Assembly (NCBI RefSeq): GCF_964355755.1
Contig: NC_092672.1
Location: forward strand, 22,891,237-22,955,236
From: Antedon mediterranea
Taxonomy: Eukaryota; Animalia; Echinodermata
DNA length: 64,000 bases
Direction: 5' to 3'
In this document: piece by piece, positions 48,827 to 60,391 of the stretch
How the letters are laid out: every line of letters begins with the position of its first letter
How positions within the stretch are numbered: position 1 is the first letter of the stretch
The notes under the pieces: generated by a model
Databases searched by the model: none
Seen by the model: only the letters and a program-made list of their open reading frames with translations
What the model was told of the DNA's origin: nothing
Position numbers and translations under genes: made by a program

Positions 48827-51800
48827 GCAAACTGCTTTCAGTGGTTTATTCAATTCATCGTAATCTGGATTCAATTTGTCTTCTACACGTTTCATCCAGT
48901 CAGCAATTTCCGGCTGGTTCTTCAGTAAACCTTTACCAGATGGACAGGCCAACGGTTGAACAACCTGAAAGAATTTAAAAAATACTACTATTATAATGAA
49001 ATATTTTAATTGGAACGAATGAAATTTGTTCTTACTAATGCATGCACTAATCATGTAACATAAACTCCAAATATTTGAAATTTCGTTTTTTTTATCGATA
49101 TATGTTTCGGGTTGATGAATAAACAACGATATGCATCTTATAAAATCAAACAATGCTCCTCAGAAGGTTGTCCGTTAATCGTTGATGAATAAAGAGCAAT
49201 AGGATTATTTGGACAATGGGAATGTATCGCATAAATCAAACATTGCTCCTTTAAAAGTTTGTCTGTTGAACGTTGATGAATTAAGAGCGATAGCATGATT
49301 TGGACAACGGGAATGTCTTTATCGTATAAAATTAACTATAGCTCCGTTGGAAGGTTGTTCGTTGATGGTTAATGAATATAAAGAGCGATAGGATCAGGGG
49401 TGGCGCCAGGATCTTCCCGACGCGGGGGCTAAATTCCCCGACGAGGGGGCTATGCGAGCGAAGCGAGCCTCACTAGGCTGGGGGCCCCCGGTGGGGGTCC
49501 AGGGGGCGAAGCCCCAGGAAGCAACGCGTTCTAGCGTCATTTGAGGTCATTTTAATCAGATTTAGGGTAGCCATTTTTTCCATTTTTTATAATGCATAAA
49601 TAAAATACTGCGTGCAAAAAAACGATGCGCGATGACTGTGTCAATCCATATTTTTCAATTTAAAAAATAAAAGTTCAAAGAAAATTTAGAAAATTAGAGT
49701 TGGAGGTCCCGGAAATTGGACTTATTATACTTCAAAACATGAAACAAAATATATAAGTCCCTATCATGGTTGTGACTGAGCTAAGAAATGTTTGAAAAAT
49801 AGAGATGTTAGGTCCCGGAAAATGCACTTCTTGTACTTCGAAATATGACCAGCTTTATTGTTGGGGCTGAGCTAAGAAAATGTTTAAAACTAGAGCTGCA
49901 GGTCTTCAAAAAATTGCATTTTATACTTTGGAAACATCAAGCCTAGAGGCTTAAAAAACGCAAGTAGACCTTTTTCAGTCGGGGAAATAAGTTTATTCTT
50001 CCCAAGTGTATGCGTGCGTACCATCTGAACTTCCGAGTGGTGAGAAATTCATGACATACAGGACATTGAAAATGTAATAACTTAGCTATAATAAGATGTT
50101 GGCTAAGCGAAAATGGCACGTTTTTTTTTGTTTAGTAATGGATGAAAAATTCATTTTAGGTGCCCCACGGTACAGAAGGTTACTTGTAAATTAAAAAATT
50201 GGTGAACATACGAACAATTAACTTAATTCGTTTTTGCTGTAGTGTAGCGTACGTCGACACAGTACACGACGTAACCGTCGGTAAACTTCGCCTGGAAAAT
50301 AACTACAGTACACACATTTTGGTCCCCTGATGGAACATGATATCACGCGTCTCGACCCAACGTTGAACGATTCGTACAAAGGGATACCGCCAGACAAGTG
50401 CGTACCTAACTATTGTTTAGTAGTAAGTTAGATCGCTGGCAATAATGAATGCATATAAAGTGCATAATATCACTCTGACGTACTCTCACGGTCAATGAAA
50501 CGTCGCGGTTTTCTAGGCGCTGAAGCTAGCTACGAAGTGAACGCGAACGCTTTTTACTGTATATTATATTCCCCGACAAAAAGTACCCGTGTTCCCTTCG
50601 GTAACCGTCGGTAAATTTCGCCTGGAAAATAACTACAATTACACATTTTGGTCCCTGGATGGAACTTGATATCACGCGTCTCGACCCAACGTTGAACGAT
50701 TCGTACAAAGGGATACCGCCAGACAAGTGCGTACCTAGCTAATGTTTAGTAGTAAGTTAGATCGCTGGCAATAATGAATGCATAAAAGTGCATAATAGCC
50801 CTCTGACGTACTCTCACGGTCAATGGAACGTCGTGGTTTTCTAGGTGCTGAAGCTGTATGAAGTGAACGCGAACGTTTTTTACTGTATATTATATTCCCC
50901 GACAAAAAGTACCCATGTTCCCCGACGGGGGGGGGGGGGGCTAGGCTCCCCGACGAGGGGGCTAGAGCCCCCGTAGCCCCCCCGCTGGCGCCACCACTGG
51001 ATAGGATGATTTGGACAATGGGAATTATCGTATAAAATCAACTATAGCTCAGTCGGAAGGTTGTCCGTTGATGGTTAATGAATAGCCTAATGAACGATAC
51101 TTGATTCAGACAGTGGAATGTATAGTACATTATGTACAACCAGGGAGTTGTAAAATAAGTTATTTTACAACTCCCTGGTACAACTATGGAGGAAAATGAT
51201 CAAAATTTCGAATCACTTATTTTTGTATTGAGGTAACATGCACATTATCTGATTCTGCGCATGCCAAACCAAAATATTAACCACAACCTAAACTTCTTTT
51301 AAATCTAGTGATTACCTCACAAATAGCAAACAAGTCAGCAACAGATATCTCGTCTCCACACAAGAACCTCTTTCCTTTGAGAAATAACCTATTTATCTTG
51401 CCGATGGACTCTTCAGCTTCTTTGACAAACTTGTCGACTGCCTCCTGATCTTTTGGTTTCCCGGTACGTTTTGGAACAAATATCTGTATACAAATATAAC
51501 AGTGGTCTTATTTTGACTAGTTGTGTAGGTTTTAAGTTGCTCCCGTATATCTCATTATTCTAGCCGTCCTTTTTTTATAGGGCGTTTTTATAGTTGCATG
51601 AGTTATGTATGTTTTAAACTTTACTTTTAAATTATGATATCGGATATCTAACTTTTCTAGAGACTTCTTCTTCTAAAAACTCAGATATCTTCTTTAGATC
51701 TACAAAAGTCGGATATCTTTTTTGATAGATGACCGTAATGTTAGTTTTGCGTCTTCATACCACACATTCTTAGCAGCATAACATTGAAATGAGACATTAC

Positions 51801-53612
51801 ATTGTTATTTACCTCATTCACCATCACGTTAATTCCGGCTTTCCTAATACCTGTATGCTGCCAGGCTAAGTAGGCATCAATCTGAGCCCGAGTCTCAATA
51901 TTTTTAGGATACCAATGATCTGCTACGTTGTATTTTGCCGCCAGATATCTCACTATTGCAGTACTACAAAGAAACAAACCAGAATTCAAAAGGGCCTTAT
52001 TATTTATAGACTGTCGTTACCAAGTTTAAAATGTTTAGGCCTATATAGATGTGGGAAAGTGTTCGTTAGTGACCAATATGTTGTCAACTTGTAATTTCTG
52101 TGTTGTATCACCTGCAATTAGGGGATATTGGAGAAAATGATTCATGAAATTGAAAAAAAAAATACTTCTTCGCACTTGCTTTATTCTTTACAATGTAGCC
52201 TACATGGTTGGACAAGGGGAGTAAGGCATACCTTTCTCCAAGTGTGAAATCACCATCTTTAATTGCTGGTACTGACTGAGCTGGCTGGATTGCAGTGTAT
52301 TCCGGCATTCTATGCTCACCTGTCAAACAACATTATACGTTATTATTTTCTACAGTATACAAAATGTCTAATACAATTTTTGAAAATAATTAAACAACTT
52401 TAAGACAGTGGACTACATTCAGTCAATAAAGGCTCATTATACTAGGACGATTACAAAGGTAAATATACATTTTCCTATTTTTCTATTTTCGTCCAATTAA
52501 ATGACGTCATGATCGTTCGTAGTATAACCGGACCTTATATTACCGTCGTTCGTTATCGTTCGTAGTATAACCGGACCTTTTATTATCGTCGTTCGTTATC
52601 TTTCGTAGTATAACCGGACCTTATATTATCGTCGTTCGTTATCTTTCGTAGTATAACCGGACCTTAAATCACGAAGAATTATATTCTGGACAACCTACTG
52701 TACTGTAGTAAATGTATGAATAATTATACAATGAAATGAATGTTTAAAATTACAATATTCTGTTTGCTGATTCTTTCCACAATTTTGATTATCCTTGAGA
52801 TAACAAATATTTAGTGGCTCTGAAATGTTGACTATTATTAAAAACCACAGCAAAGGGACCTGTAACATCGGTAATCAGACCTATAATATTTGTAGACCTG
52901 ATTATCAAACCAGGCATACTATAGTGTTTTCATTGTAAACCTTGTTCCTATGAATAAATGAAAATCACTGACTCAAGCATGATTAAGCAAATTTGTCTGG
53001 GTATTTTTAGAAACTCCATATAAATATTTCATGTAGGCCTACACATGTTTATTCACATAATAGAGGTGAGGAGATCTTGGTCTTGGTCTTGGACGCAAAG
53101 TGAAGGGGTTGTTATTTTTTTCCCTCTCCGTCATCACTCTGATTCAGGATTGTTAAGGTGGTCAACTCATTTTTTATTTCCTTTTTTTTTGAGCTGAGAA
53201 ATGCTACGATAACTTGGAATGTGATCTATTAGAGTGCTGTTTCTAAAAAATATGTTTCACTTGCCAAGGCAGCATACATGGGATGGGGGGGGGGGGGGTA
53301 GTTGTGCTAGGGGATAGTTGTGCTAGGGGGTAATTGTCCGGGTGGTAGTTGTCCTTAGGGGGTAGTTGTCCTATGGGTAATTGTCCGGTTGGTAGTTGTC
53401 CTATGGGGGTAATTGTCCGGGTGGTAATTGTCTAGGTAGTTGTCCGGATACCGTTAAAACAACAGCATATTTTAATAGTGACTAAAATAAAAAAGCATAC
53501 CTTTTGCCAAGTCGATGACTTTCTCATGGTAGGGTATCTTGTTATATTTGCAAAACAAAACTACGGCACGACTAGGTTGAGATAATGGATTATAGTACAC
53601 TGTTAAAGCCAT
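48818..53612 (-). CDS. GSTT: Glutathione S-transferase, theta class, 5 exons, 221 aa, intact
   Basis: Exons 53612-53501, 52319-52232, 51963-51813, 51483-51316, 48964-48818 with consistent phases. Motifs: MALTVYYNPLSQPSRAV (catalytic Ser), VPAIKDGDFTLGESTAIVRYLA, ADHWYP..RAQIDAYLAWQH, FLCGDEISVADLFAICE. Confidence 0.93.
49395..50999. mobile_element. Non-autonomous hAT element with 8-bp TSD, in the last GST intron
   Basis: CAGGGGTGGCGCCAG / CTGGCGCCACCACTG TIRs; GATAGGAT at 49387-49394 and 51000-51007; internal ~330-bp direct duplication (50271 and 50601). Confidence 0.9.
51141..51177. mobile_element. 37-bp palindromic micro-insertion with 7-bp TSD
   Basis: CAGGGAGTTGTAAAATAA g TTATTTTACAACTCCCTG flanked by GTACAAC (51134-51140 and 51178-51184). 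Confidence 0.8.
52513..52666. repeat. ~44-bp tandem repeat (~3.5 copies)
   Basis: TTCGTAGTATAACCGGACCTT..TTATCGTCGTTCGTTATC repeated in GST intron 1. Confidence 0.85.
53295..53453. repeat. Cluster of GGGTA(G/A)TTGTCC repeats, likely a solo DNA-transposon end
   Basis: About 9 short direct repeats ending in GTAGTTGTCCGGATACC; no partner end found. Confidence 0.55.
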
Positions 53613-54603
53613 CTTTAGCTTTAGTAGAACAATTTAATTGTACAGTATTATCAGGGCGGAGTTGCAACTCTCTGTTATTATCAAGTGACTGGAGCGGCTG
53701 CAATGCTAATGTCAACAAAGTTCGTGCAAAGAGTCAATTGAATATCATTCATGAGCGTGATCTGATTATTCAACCATATCAACTTCTTTTGTACATTTGA
53801 CCTTGTCATCTCCTTCCGTTTTTCACAAATAAGAGAGCCTAAATAATGCTATAGAAGTTTGTTTGAATTAACAGACGGTTGTGTAATTGTAAAAAAAAAT
53901 TGTCGTCATAATTATTTATATTTTTTTTTATACATTATTACCGTATCGTTATAGTGGAGTTCATGCATTGTTAAATGTGGGCTCTTACTCTGTTTTCGCT
54001 GCAAAAAAAAAAACAACAAAAAACAAAAAAACAAAAACTAATGGTTAAAAACGTGTGATTGTAAATAATTACCATCACATTTCTTTCCTGGCAACGTTGA
54101 GAGATTTTAAAAGACTTGCACTCCCATCGGACTATAAACATGCCCCATAATAACAATCACCCATTAAGGTAACAGTTTTAACCACTAACGTAACCAACTT
54201 CATTAACCACGTAACAAACTTAACCATTAACTTAACAAAGGGTAACTACTAACGTAACAACAGTAGAAAATTCGTGTAAGTTAAACATCTTATTTTTAAC
54301 TTCAGTTTCCGTCCGTGTTTGTTTGTCTATTCTCTATAAAAAGTGTCCAGCCATTGAAGTTTAGAGTCACTGGACAGACAGACATGATACAAATGGAAAT
54401 GGAACGGCTTCATCACAATAAGGTTTCCATACGAAAATAATGGGTTTCTTACGGATATAACATTTATTGCCCGCCGGACTAAGACAGATAATTCATAATA
54501 GGCTGAAGTTTTATGATTGAAATTTAATTTTCAGCTGTAAATCAACACACCATACGTCTAAGATCAACACAATCGATACACTAACGTTGTCAGTATGATA
54601 TAT

Positions 54604-54708
54604 ACAAGGCCATATACATGGCTGCAGTCGCGTGCTCAAGTTAGTGTTTACCGACCAACCGACCGACATAGTGAGCTGTAGAGTGGCTTTGCACGCGACT
54701 AAAAAAAA
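54604..54708 (-). mobile_element. Minimal (~100-bp) Helentron-associated element
   Basis: Shares both termini (T-run-AGTCGCGTG; GCACGCGAC + hairpin + CTTGT) and a short GTCG tract with the 31211-31968 element, but has no body. Confidence 0.6.
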
Positions 54709-55962
54709 AGAAATTTAGTTAAAATTAACAAACACTATTATTTATCCTCTGGTAGGATGATATTTGTTTCCCAAAAGATAGAATTGATGTATATAATGTG
54801 TATTGCCTTAGTAATTTCTTTTGGAACTCAGACTGAAATCTATGCTGTTTGTCCTTGTTACCAGTGTTAGTGGATTCTTGCTGGTTGTTTTGACCGATGG
54901 ATCTTTTCTGGTTTCAGCTTTACTATTTTATTTTTTTTATTTTTTATTTCGTATTCTTTCAGTAGGGTAGCCCTCTCAGTAATAAAATAAACTGCTCTTC
55001 CGAGGGGCCCTACGGCACATTTAAACAAAATTTGAAAACAACTTAAACTAAACTTAAACTTAAACTAAACTTAAACTAAAACTTAAACTAAAACTAAACT
55101 TCAATGCATGTTCTCATTATTATTATAACTTTTATACCATATTTAAATATATTTCACTGGAACCATCCTAGACCACCGGCAACAATAAATGAATCTTAAG
55201 AAGTGATTTAAAACGGTTATAATTGTTTTGTTTTCTTAATTCATAAGGTAGGCCATTCCAGAGTAAACTTCCATAATAAACAAAACTACGTTTGTATATT
55301 TCGAGGTTACATCTGGGCAAATACAACAGATTATTTTCATAGTTTCTGGTTTGAATATTGTGTACACTACTAATATATTGCAAAACATCACATAAGTATG
55401 AAGGTACAGATTCTTGTAAACATCTAAATATTGTACAAATTGTATGATATTCAATTCTTGTCTTAATTGTTAGCCAACCTAAATCATAATGCATTTGTCT
55501 AACAGGAGTTCGAATATCAGCACCTAGTATTAATCGTGCAGCTCTATTTTGTAGGGTAAACTGGGGTAAGTGGGACACTTAAGCATTTATTCATTCAGAA
55601 TTTCCATAATTTAAGCTGGAAATGTTTAAAGTTACTCACAATGCAAGAACAGGTACCCTAGCACATTATTAGCAAAAAAAATTTTTCATAGAGTAATGCA
55701 TTATGGGAGGGGTGTTAGGTAACTATGTGTGTGTCATCGGTCCACTTGCCCCATCGAGTTGGGGTAAGTGGACCGGCTTTAACTTTCAATGTAAACCATA
55801 ATAAAACACACTATATACAACATTTTAGAGGTCTGGTGGTCACTTAAGAACCTTTTAATCAGTACTTCACTTGTTTAACTTTAATATGTGCTCAAACCCA
55901 CAATTGATGAACTCAAATTATTCATTTGATCGACATTATTTTGGCCGATTCCACAATTTTTC

Positions 55963-57831
55963 CTAATTTCGACATACATTACAAACATACGCAGCAAGTT
56001 CTTTATTTTTTCCATACAACCCAGTACATGATTCATGAAACCATAAACCACAACCTCCAAGACATTGCCACCAATCATCATCTTCTTCATTATCGTCCCA
56101 ATAAAAGCCATTGCAGTGGCCACAGTATTCGGATGGATCATTATCTTCAGAAAGAGACACAGGGCGGTCGGTTTTTCTTTTGCATTTTCCGCCTTTTTCT
56201 TTCTTTTTCTTTTCCATGTCCTCTTGTCTTTTCAATCTTTTGTCTGTTTTTTCTTGTTCTTTTTGTTTTCTTTTTTCTTCTCTCTCATTTTTCTTCCGTA
56301 ACTTTTCTGCTTCAAACGCATCTTTCGCTCTAATTTTTTCCTCAAGTTCTTTTATCATTTCGTCGGAGGTGAGGCAACGAGCAGATGTAATCCGCTTGGA
56401 TTTCTTTGAGGTGGTAGTAGTAGTAGTTTTCTCAACTTGGGGCTTAACTAGTAAACCACTAAATACACTTGGCCCAGGGTTGTCTGCGGATTTGTGGTTG
56501 GCGTTACCATCAGTAGAAGTAGATGGGGTATTACTATTAGCAATTTGTTCAACCAATTCTTGCAAGGGCTGATCCTGTTGATTGACTTCATTTGAATTTT
56601 CAAGCTTATCCACGAATACAGTTTCGACAGTTGAAGCTTGTAGAAATTCTTTGCGAACAGCATTTGGATTGAAAGGATGTATACCCGTTGCAGAAAACCC
56701 GCTTATAGCATTCGTCATATTGCACGAAGCAACATACGCGTCTTTCAAAATCCCGCAAAAGTTGAACCGTGTTATTACTTTGCCTGGATTTTTCTTCAGG
56801 AATTTTTCACAGGCTTTGTTGTATTCGGATTTCAATGATCGGAAAACAGATTTATCCAGAGGTTGCAAATGATTTGTTGTGTGCGGTGGGAGGCAATACA
56901 AATGTATGTCATTTTCTCTTGCATACTTGATTAGTTGAAGACTAATATGTGATGCATGACCATCTAGTACTAGAAGCACAGGGCGAACAGCACCAACATT
57001 GGGAACAAAACACTTCCTAAACCACATGTCAAACAACTCAGTATCGATGAATGATGATTTGCTGACACCAAAGAGAGAATCGGCAGGAGCATTCTGCATA
57101 AACGAATCGCTCAGTCGCTGGCCTTTAAAAATGATAAAGGGTGGCAAATAACGCCCCGCAGCATTTGCACATGCTAGCACTGTTACATTCTCCCCTCTGT
57201 CTCAACTTGTCTTACACTGAACAGTTCTCTTTCCTTTTTTACTGACAATCTTTGATAGATTGTGCACCAAACTAAGTCCAGTTTCATCGGCGTTATAGAT
57301 CTGTGATGGCTTGTTCTTCAAATCCAAGGTATCCATTAATTCATTCAGCTTGTCAAAATGCCTGCGCATTACTGTTGGATTAAGCATATATGCTCTTGCG
57401 GCAGACAAACCTTCTGGTTTTCTCAAAGAAAGGTCTGGATGGCGCTCACGATACCCACAGAACCAATCATATCCAGCCTTTTGTTTTAATTTATTGAACG
57501 GAGAGGGTCGTCCTGTTAATTCCATCATCTGATAAGCTAACCGGCACACATCATCTAAAGTCAATCCAAAGCCAACACTTTCCATATGTAGAATGTAATT
57601 TTTTAGTTCTGTTTCTTCACTTGCAGTTAATACAGTTGCTCTTGATGCAGAAGAAGTGACATCCACTTTACCCGATAAACGTCTTTGCAATGTTGTTTTC
57701 GGAACGCCATACTGCTTTGCTGCAGCCCTCAAAGACAAACTGCCAGCCTTCACTGCTTCATACGCTTCCTGCATAGATTGCTTGTTCCATTTTCCAAGCA
57801 TTGGAGTCCAACTTTTTTTTTTCCTTGCCAT
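55963..57831 (-). pseudogene. pogo-like transposase (HTH-psq, CENP-B-type HTH, DDE_1, C-terminal PHD-like finger) with one in-frame stop
   Basis: SLRAAAKQYGVPKTTLQRR, GYDWFCGYRERHPDLSLRKPE, IYNADETGL, LLVLDGHASH, LPPHTTNHLQPLDKSVF and CGHC..WWQCLGGCGLWFHESC..YVCNVC. The two ORFs are in the same frame, separated only by TGA at 57202-57204. Confidence 0.9.
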
Positions 57832-58976
57832 TACTATAGATAAAATTGAAAAATACTAATTATTAAGAAATATTAATATGAAAAGTAATATTATGATAAT
57901 AAAAACTGACTTTCAATTACCAAACATTACTTTAAGAACCAAAACAAATTATATTCCATTAAAATGTGTCCAGGTAAACTACTGTTGTAGTGATAAAACA
58001 CTTGGTGTTCAAGAAAAAACATAGAAAATGTATACACATATAAGAATTGAATACTGGTCCACCTACCCCACTAACGTGGGGTAACTGGGACGTTTTATTT
58101 AAAATACAATTAAATAACTGAAAAAATAACTGAAATCATTTTCAAAACAATTTTATGTTAAAAATACGTATCTAGAATACAAATAGATACATGGCTGTTT
58201 AAATTGATATGTTTTTAACTAAAATAAAAACAAAATTAAAAATTACTCCACTAAAATAATCCTAATCCAAGATGGCGTCGGAAAATGTATAAATTACCAC
58301 CAAAATATGACATAAAATTTGAAAAAATATTAACATTAAATCTTAAGGGATTACATTTATATCTTGTTATATTTATATTAAAATGTGTGGAAACTATTTT
58401 TTTTTTAATATCACGTTTATTTACATTTAAATTATCAAAATAAAATCTGTCTCTTAATATGAAGACACAACATTTACAATGTCAATAACTGTGATTTTGA
58501 AACTTAACCCTAATTTTAAAATAAAATTATGAAAATATAACTTACCCCTAGGCCTTGTAAAAAGGGATTAGGCCAAGTTGAGCCGCCGACAAGTTGAGCC
58601 GCCGCCAGAAAAACGTTATTTTCTATGGAACGCCAAATGCTAACTTTCGCCGGTGCTCGTTGTTTTATAATAATTATGATAATTTACGACGTAACAAGTT
58701 TAATTAATAGTGATGTTGGACACATTTATAAGTGAAAGTACTGTATGTAAAGTAGGTCTGTCTAATTGCTAAAATTAAATATTATTATTAAACTTGTGTC
58801 ATAATACTAATGTTTGTCACATAAATTTTAAAAAATCCCTGTACTATAGTACAGAGATTTTTTTTAAAGTGATACTGTGTAACCAAAATTAAAATAACGG
58901 GATTAAAAATTGTGATTGTTTCATTATATTTACATTAAAGTTAATAAAGATATAAAGTAAATAAGATAATAGATAA

Positions 58977-59013
<37 letters not shown>

Positions 59014-60034
59014 TTTCAATTATATATTTTATAAATTGTATTGTTCTCGGAAAGCAATAAATATTACATAATAAAATTTCATACGGTGAAAAAATATATT
59101 TATGTTCAGTTAAGGTTTCCTTGGCTAATTGGTAAAGAAAGAGTATCGTAATATCGTTGAAAGCACCTAATAAGTAATAATATGTTACGTATATATATAC
59201 ATCTAAATTTAGCAAGAACTATTTACTTTCAAGATATGATGAACGTTAAATATATATATTTTATAAGACCAGTTTAGATCAAATAATATGGTTTAAATAG
59301 AAATTTTCGCTTTGTTTTCTTTTATTTATTACTAGTTTATTTTTTTGTATTTTTCGTATTTAATGTTATATTATATATAAAATACAATATAGGGTTAGGG
59401 TTCCCTAATCAGGTAAAGCAATTATTTTGTAAATTTTCTATAATTGAAATGTTGAAATGTTAAAGTACCACCGATAACGTATCGTGTAAAATAAAATCCA
59501 CAGGTCTTGAACGTGTGTCTCTGTGTAACTTGTAATGTATGATTAAAGTACAAGTACTGTAGCTAGAAATTACATGTAATGTCATTACAGTATTTATATT
59601 AAATTTACATAATGATTTTTGTTTCAAACTGCGTTTGTTTTATTCAGTTGTAAAATGTGCACATTATAGCTTGGATTTGATTTATTGTGACGCCAACATA
59701 AAGAACAGAGATAAAAACAAACAAAAAACGTCATGAATAAAAAACAACAAAAGGCAGTCCACAAAGCAATACCGATGTCGACGGAACGCTTTGCGTACTA
59801 AAACAATACATACTTTTATTTCATTCGGTTTCAAAGGATGTAAAAATTATACAATAACAAATCTAAAACAAAGATGAGCAGTGTTGTCGGCCAAGCGCTT
59901 TGCTTTTTTTTAAAAAGCAACCTTTGTTTTGCTAAAAAATCATTTTTGCTGCAAAGTCCTTATAAGTAACAGAATATTCCAAGAACTGTCACTTTCGATT
60001 TAGTTTTCAACTGTTATCATCAATATTATCAATC

Positions 60035-60391
60035 ATGAACGAGTGTATAGAGTGCCAAGATCCAGTTGCTGAACGTCAAGAAGGTGTGTTGTGTGAGGAG
60101 TGCGGGAGGTGGCAACATCGGATATGTGGGACCGGGATAACGCGAGAGCAATATCGACAAGGCATGGAAGACGGTTACCTGGATTGGTCTTGTAATGAGT
60201 GCATGTTGGAGAGGAACCCCGTACAACCAGAAGACGATATATATGCTGCGGAATTGGGTCACTTTGTGGAACCAGATGATTTCAAAGAGGATGATTTAGA
60301 AAACCCATACCCTCAACCCAACCCAGAGGTAGTACTGGAAGAACCAGCGGTAACGTACAGGGTAGTTGGCTCAGCATCTAAACGTGGGAAG
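60035..60391 (+). CDS. PHD-finger exon resembling the N-terminus of Mutator-like (PHD-FLYWCH-MULE) transposases, truncated, inside the pogo element
   Basis: C4HC3 pattern CIEC..CEEC.RWQHRIC..WSCNEC, an acidic linker, then VTYRVVGSASKRGK|GTAGGC (donor). No downstream exon is visible. Confidence 0.6.

Noticed and set aside
50470-50510. CTGACGTA...GAAACGTC hammerhead-like string in the duplicated part of the hAT element
   Set aside because: The core deviates from CUGANGA and there is no convincing stem II.
57202-57204. In-frame TGA in the transposase (and TGAs in OGFOD2) as selenocysteine or programmed readthrough
   Set aside because: The positions correspond to non-Cys residues, no SECIS is evident, and OGFOD2 also has frameshifts. 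Simple nonsense mutations are more parsimonious.
55926-57859. Plus-strand ORFs overlapping the transposase
   Set aside because: Antisense shadows of the transposase coding sequence with no independent motifs.
59391-59408. AGGGTTAGGGTTCCCTAA telomere-like motif
   Set aside because: Under two repeat units, inside a transposon; not an interstitial telomere array.
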